DNA of 64,000 nt from an uncultured Chloroflexia bacterium (lineage in GTDB: Bacteria > Chloroflexota > Limnocylindria > Limnocylindrales > CSP1-4): assembly GCA_963707215.1 (NCBI GenBank), contig CAVPPB010000003.1, forward strand, positions 1,312,001 through 1,376,000, read 5' to 3'. The notes under the pieces are model-generated. The model saw nothing but the letters and a program-made list of their open reading frames with translations, was not told the origin of the DNA and made no database searches. Below are positions 48,546 through 57,149 of the stretch, in pieces. Numbering within the stretch: position 1 is the first letter of the stretch; each line of letters begins with the position of its first letter. The position numbers and the translations under genes were made by a program.

Positions 48546-50345
48546 ATGAACCGGAACCGCTCCCTGTGGATCTGGGGTGCCGCGATCCTGCTGGTCATCT
48601 TCGTCTTCGCCGCCGTGATCGGCCGGCTGGTGGATTCGGCCGACGTCGGCGAGCCCGGGGCGACCGATGGCGCTGCCGCGAGCAGCGGCCCGACGACCCC
48701 GCCGAACGCCGTCGGCATCTCGATCGTCAGCTCAAACACCAAGGAGGCCTGGCTGCACCAGGCCGTCGAGGCCTTCAATGCCGCGGCGCCCGGCGACCCG
48801 GACCTCCAGGTGGACGGCAAGCCGATCTTCGTGACCATCGTCCAGGAGGAGGTCGACGGCAAGGTCGCCGACTACCGCTCGGGCACCATGGTCGCCGACA
48901 CCCTGAGCGGCAAGATCGAGCCGACGATCCTGTCGCCGGGCGAGGAATCCTGGGTCCAGAAGTTCGAGCGCGACTGGGAGAGCGCCAAGGGCGGCGACCC
49001 GGTCTCCGAGGCCCAGCCGCCGATCCTCGTCCGGACCCCGCTCGTCGTCGCCATGTGGCAGTCCCGCGCCGAGGCGCTGGGCTGCTGGCCGACCCCCGGC
49101 CCGGACTGCACCTGGGCCCGCCTCGGCGCCCTGGCCAGCGATCCGGAAGGCTGGGGCTCGGTCGGCGAACCCCAGTGGAAGAAGTTCAAGTTCGGCTACG
49201 GCTACTTCGGCGAGTCCAACTCGGGCACGCTGGCGACCGTGGCCATGTGCATGACCGCCCTGGGCAAGACCGAGGGACTCGTCGTCGCCGACGTCAGCTC
49301 CGACAACGCCTGCGGTGAGTTCATCCACGAGATCGAGAAGGCCAAGGTCCACAGCGGCAAGTCGGACGTCTTCCTGCTCGACCAGATGGAGACCGGCGGG
49401 CCCGAGTACCTCGACGGGGTCGTGACCTACGAGTCGAACGTCATCGCCCGCAACCGGGCGGTCGGCGACCAGCTGCGCGAGCCGCTCGTCTCGTTCTACC
49501 CGCAGGACGGCACCGTCGTCGTCGGGCACCCCTTCGCCATCCTCGACGGCGCTCCCTGGGTCAGCGACGAGCAGGCCCGGGCCGCCCAGGCCTTCGGCGA
49601 CTACCTGCTCTCGGACGAGCAGCAGCGGGCGGTCCTGGAGCTCGGGCTCCGGCCGGCCGACGCCGACACGGCCCTGGGCTCGCCGATCGAGCTCGGCAAC
49701 GGCGCCAACCCCGAGGCGACGCTGCTCGCCTTGACGTTGCCGGACACGCTGACGATCGAGCGCGTCGGCGAGGCCTGGCAGGACGTCCGCAAGCATGCGG
49801 TCATCGCCATCGTCTTCGACAAGTCGGGAAGCATGTCGGGCGGCAAGATCACCGCCGCCGTGAAGGGCGCCCAGGAGTTCGTCCGCAAGATGAGCCCCCA
49901 GGACGAGCTGCTCTGGATCCCCTTCGACGAGCAGGTCTACCCGGGCGTCCGGGGCACCAAGGCGGCGGTCGGCGAGGACCTCATCGGGGACATCGCGGCG
50001 ACCGTCGCCGACGGCGGGACGGCCCTCTACGACGCCATCCTGCTGGCTCGCGACGAGCTCGAGGAGCGTCGGTCGGAGACGGGCGATACGGTACGCTACG
50101 GCATCGTGGTGCTCTCCGACGGACAGGACCAGAACAGCGTCCGGACCCTGTCCGAGCTGGAGTCGGCCCTGGCCACCACCGAGGCGGACCCGACCGGCAT
50201 CCAGATCCACACCATCGGCATCGGCGAGGACGCGGACACGCCGACGCTGAAGAAGATCGCCCAGGCCGCCCACGGGCGGTTCTGGCAGCCGAAGAGCGAG
50301 GCGGACGTGGTCACCGTCTACAAGGACATCGCCGCGTACTTCTAG
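48546..50345 (+). CDS. Membrane-anchored extracellular solute-binding-like protein fused to a C-terminal vWA domain
   Basis: AAAGGA RBS, N-terminal TM, SBP-like motifs (TPLVVAMW, SNSG, YES, YPQDGT...HP, FGDYL), MIDAS DKSGS...GGTALYD...LSDG, IHTIGIG. Confidence 0.9.
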   Translation: MNRNRSLWIWGAAILLVIFVFAAVIGRLVDSADVGEPGATDGAAASSGPTTPPNAVGISIVSSNTKEAWLHQAVEAFNAAAPGDPDLQVDGKPIFVTIVQEEVDGKVADYRSGTMVADTLSGKIEPTILSPGEESWVQKFERDWESAKGGDPVSEAQPPILVRTPLVVAMWQSRAEALGCWPTPGPDCTWARLGALASDPEGWGSVGEPQWKKFKFGYGYFGESNSGTLATVAMCMTALGKTEGLVVADVSSDNACGEFIHEIEKAKVHSGKSDVFLLDQMETGGPEYLDGVVTYESNVIARNRAVGDQLREPLVSFYPQDGTVVVGHPFAILDGAPWVSDEQARAAQAFGDYLLSDEQQRAVLELGLRPADADTALGSPIELGNGANPEATLLALTLPDTLTIERVGEAWQDVRKHAVIAIVFDKSGSMSGGKITAAVKGAQEFVRKMSPQDELLWIPFDEQVYPGVRGTKAAVGEDLIGDIAATVADGGTALYDAILLARDELEERRSETGDTVRYGIVVLSDGQDQNSVRTLSELESALATTEADPTGIQIHTIGIGEDADTPTLKKIAQAAHGRFWQPKSEADVVTVYKDIAAYF

Positions 50346-50360
50346 GACATCGTCCGGCCG

Positions 50361-50380
50361 CCGGGCGGGTCGCCGCCCGG
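50361..50380 (+). other. Intra-operon GC-rich stem-loop
   Basis: CCGGGCGG-GTCG-CCGCCCGG, a perfect 8-bp stem with no U-tract. Confidence 0.45.
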
Positions 50381-50409
50381 ACGTCGGGCGCAGGAGCTGA
50401 GGGACGGGC

Positions 50410-51273
50410 ATGGGACGCTTCTTCGCCGCCATCCGGCGCTGGTTCGACTACTTCTTCCTGCGTCGCAGCGAGGACGTCCGCAACGCCGCCGATCGGCAGT
50501 TCACCGGCTCCGTGGAGGGCATCCAGGCGGCCTACGCGGTCGACCGTGACCGGCTCTCCAAGGACTTCCGCAGCCTCCAGGAGGCGGTCGCCCAGGTCCT
50601 GACGATCGCCGAGGACAAGAAGATCCAGCTCGAGCGGCTCGGCACCGAGGAGGGGCAGCTCCAGCTCCAGCTCAACGGGGCCATCAACGCCGCCGAGAAG
50701 GCCCAGGCCGACGGCGACGCCGACGGCTTCGCCCAGGCCAAGGCCGCCTATGTCCGCTACCAGGCCCGGATGACCCAGATCGACGCCGACCAGGAGCGCC
50801 TGACCACCGAGGTGGGGAACCTCGAGGCGAGCATGAAGACCCACATGTCCCGCCTGACCGCCTTCCAGGCGGAGCTTGACCGGCTGCCCCGCGAGGAGGC
50901 CGAGACGATCGCCGAGTACGTCTCGGCCAAGCAGGTCATCGAGCTCAACAACCGCCTGATGAACGCCTACGACAGCCTCCAGGAAGGGCCGTCGAGCGTC
51001 GTCCGGGCGGAGGTTCGGAAGATGTCCGCCCAGGCCCGGATCACCGAGCAGCTCGCCGGCACCGACGTCAAGCTGCAGGACCAGCAGTACGCTCAGCTGG
51101 GTCGGGAGCTCGCTGGCGAGGATTCGCTCGAGGCCGTGCTGGCCGCCCGGCGAGCCGAGCGGGAGGGGCCGACCGCCGAGGCGGTCGCCGAGCGGGAGGC
51201 ACCCGCGGTCGATGCGGCCCCGCCGGCCGATGCCGCGGACGGACCGCCACCGCCCGAGCGCCCCCGGATCTGA
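50410..51273 (+). CDS. Divergent PspA/IM30 (ESCRT-III superfamily)-like coiled-coil protein
   Basis: Amphipathic N-terminus MGRFFAAIRRWFDYFF, long heptad-rich helical hairpin with turn near AEKAQADGDADGFAQA, short C-terminal helices and a Pro/Ala/acidic tail. Architecture recognised by eye. Confidence 0.72.
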   Translation: MGRFFAAIRRWFDYFFLRRSEDVRNAADRQFTGSVEGIQAAYAVDRDRLSKDFRSLQEAVAQVLTIAEDKKIQLERLGTEEGQLQLQLNGAINAAEKAQADGDADGFAQAKAAYVRYQARMTQIDADQERLTTEVGNLEASMKTHMSRLTAFQAELDRLPREEAETIAEYVSAKQVIELNNRLMNAYDSLQEGPSSVVRAEVRKMSAQARITEQLAGTDVKLQDQQYAQLGRELAGEDSLEAVLAARRAEREGPTAEAVAEREAPAVDAAPPADAADGPPPPERPRI

Positions 51274-51296
51274 CGGCACCCGGACCGACGATCCGC

Positions 51297-53132
51297 GTGG
51301 CCGGCAAGCAGGCAGGCCGAGGCAGCGACGAGCGCCGTCCCGGCTTCATCGAGGAGCTCTCGCGGGCCCACTACGCTCGCCTGGCCCGCTGCATCGTCCT
51401 CAGCGGCAACACCAACGACCTCTTCCCCGTCGGGCCGGCCGATGCTTCGCGCTACGTCAGCCTGGAGGCCGTCCTGGCCGATGCCTTCGGGCGAGCCCGC
51501 TACCCGCGCCGCGGCGGCGAGGTCCCGTTCGTCGTCCTGACGCTCAAGGCCGGCGGCATCGTCTTCGCCAGCGACGCGGACCGGGCGGCCATCGCGGCCA
51601 TCGGCACGGCCGCCGGCGATCGCCATCCCGGGCTGGCACGGGACGTCGCCACGTTCCTGCGCGAGGTCACCAGGGAGCGGGCCGCGTCGCTCGTCACCCT
51701 CACCCTGGTCGCCGAGCTGATGCGGCTCGTCAGCCGGGCTCGCGAGGCCGGCATCCCGGTCCGCCCGGTCGCCGCGATCATCGACCACGCCGAGGCGCTG
51801 CTGCCGGCCGGTGACCTGGCCCGCCTCGCCCCGGTCGACCGCGAGGCCATCACGATCTTCAGCGACCTGCTGCGCGACGACGCGATCTGGGCCGAGGCCG
51901 CGACGGCCGATGCCTACCCCGACGTCGTCCTGCTCATCGCCCCGACCGTCGCCGAGCTCTCGACGCGCATCGCCGAGCTGCCCAAGACGGCCCGGGTCGA
52001 GGTCCCTCGACCCGACGAAGCGCTCCGGCGGTCATTCGTCGACGACCGGTTGGCCGCGCTCGGGCCGGGCGTGGCCGGGCTCGGCGAGGACTACCCGGTG
52101 GAGGGGCTCGTTCGGGACGCCAAGGGCCTGACGCTGCGCGACCTCGACGACCTGCTCACCGCCGCCCAGCGCTCGCCCGAGCAGTTCCGGATCGACCGCG
52201 ACGCAGTCGTCGCCATCGTCAACCGCACCCTCCAGGAGCGGCTCGGCTCGATCATCACGGTGGTCTACCCGGAGCACTCGATGGCCGACGTGGTCGGCTT
52301 CGCTGCCCTGAAGCGGCGCCTCGGCAGGCTCCGCCGCCGCTTCGACGATCCGGAGCGAGCGCCGGCCGGCATCACCGTCGTGGGTCCCAACGGCGCCGGC
52401 AAGACGTTCATCCTGGAGGCCTTCGCCCGGGACACCGACCGCACGGTCATCACCCTCGGCCAGATCCGCTCGGAGTGGTACGGCCGGACCGACGTCTTCG
52501 CCGAGGCCTTCAGCTCGGGCCTGGCAGCCTTCGGCCGGATCCTCGTCGTCGTCGACGAGGCCCACGTCGCGTTCGGCTCGATGCATGACCGCCAGACCCA
52601 CGAGACCGAGGCACGGCTGGCCAGCCACATGATCCGGATGATCGACGACCTGCCGAACCGCAGCCGGATCGTCTGGGCTCTCATCACGACCCGGCCGGAC
52701 CTGCTGGACCCGGACTTCGTTCGCGCCGGCCGCTGTTCCCTGTTCGTCCCCATCTTCGACCCGGAAGGCGACGATGCGTCCGCCTTCGTCGACCTGATGG
52801 CCGGGCGGCTCCTGCGCAGCGGGGTCCGCCTGACCCCGGAGGAGCGCGCCCTCCTCGAGGAGCGGTCGGCCGGCTTCTCGGCCGGCGACTACCGGGAGTT
52901 CGCCGACGACTTCGCCGACGAGCGCGATTTCGACCCTGGCGTCTCGCTGGCTACCTACCTCGACGGCTGGACGCCGAGCTCGGTCGCCCTGGGTGTCCAG
53001 CGCGAGCTCCAGATCCTCCTCGCCGCGCTGCACTGCGACTGGCCGGAACTCCTGCCGGAGCGGCTGCGGGGCCGCTCGAAGGCGGCCATCCAGGAAGGGA
53101 TCGACCGGCTGCGGAGCGTGCTGGCGCCCTGA
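51297..53132 (+). CDS. Classical-clade AAA+ ATPase with a degenerate N-terminal AAA-like domain
   Basis: Walker A GPNGAGKT, pore loop IRSEWYG, Walker B LVVVDE, SRH TTRPDLLDPDFVRAGR, GFSAGD. The N-half has IVLSGNTND and IIDHAE remnants. Confidence 0.9.
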   Translation: MAGKQAGRGSDERRPGFIEELSRAHYARLARCIVLSGNTNDLFPVGPADASRYVSLEAVLADAFGRARYPRRGGEVPFVVLTLKAGGIVFASDADRAAIAAIGTAAGDRHPGLARDVATFLREVTRERAASLVTLTLVAELMRLVSRAREAGIPVRPVAAIIDHAEALLPAGDLARLAPVDREAITIFSDLLRDDAIWAEAATADAYPDVVLLIAPTVAELSTRIAELPKTARVEVPRPDEALRRSFVDDRLAALGPGVAGLGEDYPVEGLVRDAKGLTLRDLDDLLTAAQRSPEQFRIDRDAVVAIVNRTLQERLGSIITVVYPEHSMADVVGFAALKRRLGRLRRRFDDPERAPAGITVVGPNGAGKTFILEAFARDTDRTVITLGQIRSEWYGRTDVFAEAFSSGLAAFGRILVVVDEAHVAFGSMHDRQTHETEARLASHMIRMIDDLPNRSRIVWALITTRPDLLDPDFVRAGRCSLFVPIFDPEGDDASAFVDLMAGRLLRSGVRLTPEERALLEERSAGFSAGDYREFADDFADERDFDPGVSLATYLDGWTPSSVALGVQRELQILLAALHCDWPELLPERLRGRSKAAIQEGIDRLRSVLAP

Positions 53133-53141
53133 CGGGTCGGC

Positions 53142-54449
53142 TCAGCGGTTGCCGGACGCCATCCGCATGGCGTCAGGTCGCCGACGGAGACGCCACATCG
53201 CCACGATGCCGACGAGCGGTCCCAGGGCCAGGGCCGAGAAGGCGACCTGCCAGCCGCCCGCGTCGGCCGGCGCGATCGCCCCGACCGCCAGGATCGTCAC
53301 GGCGGTGAGCACGAAGCCGCTGGCGACCTGGACCTGGAGCGCCGAGCCGGCGGTCCCGGGCGGGGCCAGCTCAGAGACGGCAGCCGAGAACTGGGCCGAG
53401 TCGGCGACGACCGTGACGCCCCAGACCATGGCCAGGGCGACGACGAGCCAGGGCGACGCACCGAAGGACAGTCCGACCAGGAGCGCGCAGGAGCCGCTGA
53501 CCGCCATCGCCACGATGGTGGCCGTCGTCCGGCCGAACCGGTCGGCGAAGAGGCCTGCCCCGACGCAGCCGATCGCCCCGGCGGCCATGACGGCGAACGC
53601 GGCGAGCGACGCCAGGGCCGCGTCGTCGTTCCCGGCCGCCGTCAGCGACGCGGCCAGGAAGAGGGGGATCCAGGTCCACATCGCGAAGAGCTCCCACATG
53701 TGGCCCAGGTAGCCCACGTTGGCGAGGCGCACCGATGGCTGGCGGAACGCCGCTGCCGCGATCCGGATGCTGAAGCGCGGCGCCGACGTGTCGAACGGTC
53801 CCGGCCGACCACCGGCCAGCACCAGCCCGCCGCCCAGGAAGGTGGCGACCGAGGCGAAGGCCACCACCGCCCGCCAGTCCACGTCGGCGAGCGCGCCCAC
53901 GGCCCGGAAGAGATGCGGCATCGCCGAGCCGACGGTGACGGCGGCGATGAGCACACCGATCGCGAGGCCGCGCTCGCGCCGGAACCAGCCGGCGATCAGC
54001 TTCATCCCGACCGGGTAGACGGCGGCCAGGGCGGCGCCGGTTATCGCCCGGGCCGGGATCCCGGCCAGCGGCCCGTCGGCCAGCACGGCGAAGGCCAGGT
54101 TGGCGACCCCGGCGACGACGGCTCCGGCCGCAAAGAGGCGATCGCCGCGGATGACGTCCGTCGCGCCGCTGACCGCCAGGACGATGGCCCCGGCGGCGAA
54201 GCCGAGCTGGACGGCGACGACGAGCAGGGAGAGCTCGAAGGCCGATGCAGCCCACTCGCGCTCAAGCGACGGGGCCACGGCGGAGGAGCTGAACCAGGGC
54301 GACATCGCCAGGATCGTCCCGGCGGAGAGGACGGCCAGGGCGGCCCAGCGGCCCGGTGGATCGTCCGCAGGCACCGGACGGGCAGCCGTCTCCGGGGCGG
54401 GCGGAGGCCCGTGGATCGCTCCCGGATCAGCCGTCGGGCGGGACGCCAT
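53142..54449 (-). CDS. MFS transporter
   Basis: About 12 hydrophobic segments, VYPVGMK, GYLGHMWELFAMW, ADRFGR, ADSAQFSA. Confidence 0.9.
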   Translation of the reverse strand: MASRPTADPGAIHGPPPAPETAARPVPADDPPGRWAALAVLSAGTILAMSPWFSSSAVAPSLEREWAASAFELSLLVVAVQLGFAAGAIVLAVSGATDVIRGDRLFAAGAVVAGVANLAFAVLADGPLAGIPARAITGAALAAVYPVGMKLIAGWFRRERGLAIGVLIAAVTVGSAMPHLFRAVGALADVDWRAVVAFASVATFLGGGLVLAGGRPGPFDTSAPRFSIRIAAAAFRQPSVRLANVGYLGHMWELFAMWTWIPLFLAASLTAAGNDDAALASLAAFAVMAAGAIGCVGAGLFADRFGRTTATIVAMAVSGSCALLVGLSFGASPWLVVALAMVWGVTVVADSAQFSAAVSELAPPGTAGSALQVQVASGFVLTAVTILAVGAIAPADAGGWQVAFSALALGPLVGIVAMWRLRRRPDAMRMASGNR

Positions 54450-54858
54450 CGCGCCCCATCGTATAGACGAGGCACTCTCCACGCAGGACCTCGGTCCCGT
54501 CGGTCCGTCGGGCGACGCAGCGGAGGCGGGTGATCGGCTTGTCGGTGCGGGCCTCGATGACCTCCGCTTCGGCCGTGACCGTGTCGCCGACATGGACCGG
54601 CGCCGGGTAGTCCCACTCCTGGTGGAGGAACACGCTGCCGGGTCCGGGCAGCTCCATCGCCACCAGCGCATTGAACAGGCCGGTGGTCAGGCCGCCCTGG
54701 ACGACGAGTCGGCCGACCCGGGTCTCGGCCGCGAAGGCCTCGTCGAAGTGGAGCGGATCCCGGTCGCCCGTCATGCGGGCGAACGCCTCGACCTCCTCGG
54801 CGCTGAAGGTCCTGGTCCAGGTCGCCGCAGCCCCCACCGGCGGCGGGGTCCAGGTCAC
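54427..54858 (-). CDS. MaoC family (hotdog-fold) dehydratase
   Basis: FARMTGDRDPLHFD, VVQGGL, LPGPG, PVHVGDTV. Confidence 0.9.
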   Translation of the reverse strand: MTWTPPPVGAAATWTRTFSAEEVEAFARMTGDRDPLHFDEAFAAETRVGRLVVQGGLTTGLFNALVAMELPGPGSVFLHQEWDYPAPVHVGDTVTAEAEVIEARTDKPITRLRCVARRTDGTEVLRGECLVYTMGRDGVPPDG

Positions 54859-54864
54859 CGTGGC

Positions 54865-55194
54865 CTACAGCCGCTCGAAGCGCTCGACCGGCATGACGAA
54901 CACCGTCGCCCCGCCGACCTCGACCTCGAGCGGGTAGGGCATGAAGAACTCGCCCGGCTCCATGATCGGCGGCATCGGGTTGACGACCTCGGTCCGCGAC
55001 CGGCAGGTCTCCCGGATGATCCCCATGACCTGCTCGACCTGGTCCTCCTCGACGCCGACCATGATCGTCGCGTTCGTCTGCTTGAGGAACCCACCGGCCG
55101 AGTGGAGCCGGGTCGCGCGCAGCTCCTGCCCCAGGAGCGCGTCCACGAGCGGGCCGGCGTCTTCGTGATGGACGATGGCGACGACGAGCTTCAC
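54865..55194 (-). CDS. darA: Cyclic-di-AMP receptor, PII-like (DarA/PstA)
   Basis: MKLVVAIVHHED, ATRLHSAGGFLKQTNAT, VEVGGATVFVMPVERF. GTG 55194 lies 7 nt after TATACT. Confidence 0.9.
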   Translation of the reverse strand: MKLVVAIVHHEDAGPLVDALLGQELRATRLHSAGGFLKQTNATIMVGVEEDQVEQVMGIIRETCRSRTEVVNPMPPIMEPGEFFMPYPLEVEVGGATVFVMPVERFERL

Positions 55195-55331
55195 GGCGGC
55201 GAGTATAGGCCGCTCGTCGACCCCGATGATGCGTCCGGCTGGTGCGCCTGGCGGGACACGACCCCCTTCCGGACCGCGGGGGCCGACGCCTACCATCGGC
55301 TGGTCCGGCTGCCCCACCCGAGGAGGATCCC

Positions 55332-56359
55332 GTGTCGACCGACCCGTCCGCCGACCAACCCAGCGCCATCCGCGTCCTCGCCGACGCCGCCGCCTCGCTC
55401 GCCCGAGGGACCGATCTCGACGCAGCCATCGGCGGGCTGATCGCCGGCGCCGCCGATTCGACGGGGGCCGCCCTGGCGGCGCTCTTCGTCCAGGACCCTG
55501 AGGTCGGCGGTCTCCAGCTGGTGGCGGCCCACGGGTTCGCGTCGGACGCGCTGGCCGATCTCGAGGCCGAGGTGACCGGTGACGCCGACCACCCGATCGC
55601 GGTCGCGGCGCGCGACGCGCGGCCCAACGTCGGACGAGCGGGTCCCGGCCCGGACGGGGCCGGGACGACCGCGGCGGACCTGCCGCTGGTGGTCGCCCGG
55701 GACGGCATCGACCTGCCGCTGGGCGTCCTCTCGCTCGGCTGGTCCGGTGAGCGGACGATCGACGACGACGAGCGGGCGCTCCTCTCGGCGACCGCCGACC
55801 TCATCGCCCTGTCGCTGGACCGGGTGCGCCTGACAACGCTGGTGCACGAGCGCTCCGAGTGGTTCGAGCGGCTCGCCCAGACCGACGCCCTGACCGGGCT
55901 GGCCAACAGCCGGCTCCGTCGACCGGGTCCTCGAGCTCGAGGTCGCCCGGGCGGGGCGTCAGGGCAGCGAGCTCTCGGTGATCGTCTTCGACGTCGACGA
56001 TTTCGGCAGCTTCAACGAGCGGGCCGGCCGCGAGGCCGGCGACGACGCGCTCCGCCAGGTCGCGGCCGCGCTCGACGGGCTCGGTCCGCCTGGTCGACAC
56101 CGTCGCCCGGATCGGCGCCGACGAGTTCGTGGTCGTCGCCCCGGGATCTGCCGGCGAGATCGTCGCGCGGCGGCTCATCGATGCCGTTGCGGCGTTCGAC
56201 GAGTCCGGCGACGGGGTGACCGTCTCGGCGGCCGTTGCCCGGTTCCCGGCCGACGGCACGAGTGCCGAGGGGCTGCTCCAGGAGGCCCGCAGCGCGCTGG
56301 CCGGGGCGAAGGCCGACGGCAGCGGCCTCCTCGTGAGGCTCTCGGGCGGCGACGGCTAG
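55332..56359 (+). CDS. GAF + degenerate GGDEF domain protein; two apparent frameshifts (near 55915 and 56080)
   Basis: GTG after GAGGAGG, GAF segment, TDALTGLAN, FDVDDF, GDDALR, RLVD...RIGADEF, TVSA, spread across three frames. Confidence 0.82.
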
Positions 56360-57041
56360 ACCGGCCGGTCCCGCAGCCTGGCCGCAAGGGCGGGCAGCCG
56401 TTCGAGCGCGTCGAGGATCGCCGCGAACACCAGGTCCGGGTCGGCGGCCGCATCCACGACCGCGAAGCGGTCCGGCTCGTTCTCGGCCATCCGGAGGTAG
56501 CCGTCGCGAACGCGCCGATGGAACTCGACCTCGAAGCCGGCCTCGAAGCGGTTCCGCTCGCTGGCTGACTTGCGGGCGAGGCCGATCTCGACGGGGATGT
56601 CCAGGAGGATCGTCAGGTCGGGCGACGAGGCCGCCGGTCGCGAAGCGCTGGATGGCCCGCAGTTCATCCACGTCCAGCCCCCGGCCGAAGCCCTGGTAGG
56701 CCAGCGTGGAGTCGGCGTGGCGGGCGTCGATGACGAGAGCTCCACCGGCGACGCCCGGTCGGACGACCTCGTCGACCAGCTGGGCGCCGCGAGGCGCTGA
56801 ACAGCAGCGCATCGGCCCGAGGGGCGATGCGCTCGTTCGTCGAGGCAGCTCCAAGCAGGATCTCGCGGATCCGCTCCCCGGCCCAGGTGCCGCCCGGCTC
56901 GCGGACCAGGCTGACGGGCACGCCATGGGACCGGGCGAGAGCGGCCAGCCGCTCCGCCTGGAGCGTCTTGCCGGATCCGTCGCCGCCCTCGATGGTCACG
57001 AACCAGCCGGGGCCGGAGGTCGTCGGGTGTTCGTCGGTCAC
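56356..57041 (-). CDS. tmk: Thymidylate kinase; two apparent frameshifts (near 56787 and 56624)
   Basis: FVTIEGGDGSGKT, REPGGT, LLFSA-RAQLV, DSTLAYQGFGRG, PDLTILLDI, RFE, across three frames. Confidence 0.9.
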
Positions 57042-57047
57042 GGCCGG

Positions 57048-57142
57048 AGTGTATCGGCGCCGACGCCGGCGGGGCGTCCGATCGGGACCCGGCGCAGGAG
57101 CGCGCGACACGCCGACGAGGCAGCCGTGTCCGGTGCTACCCT
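57048..57142. promoter_or_regulatory. Divergent -10 boxes for tmk and tldD
   Basis: TACACT on the minus strand (57048-57053) 6 nt before GTG 57041; TGcTACCCT on the plus strand (57134-57142) 7 nt before ATG 57150. Confidence 0.6.
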
Positions 57143-57149
57143 CGGCGCG

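Noticed and set aside
47675-53132. Interpreting the vWA + AAA pair as a standard MoxR/RavA-ViaA system
   Set aside because: The ATPase has classical-clade pore-loop and SRH motifs rather than MoxR signatures, and the vWA is fused to a predicted extracellular solute-binding domain.
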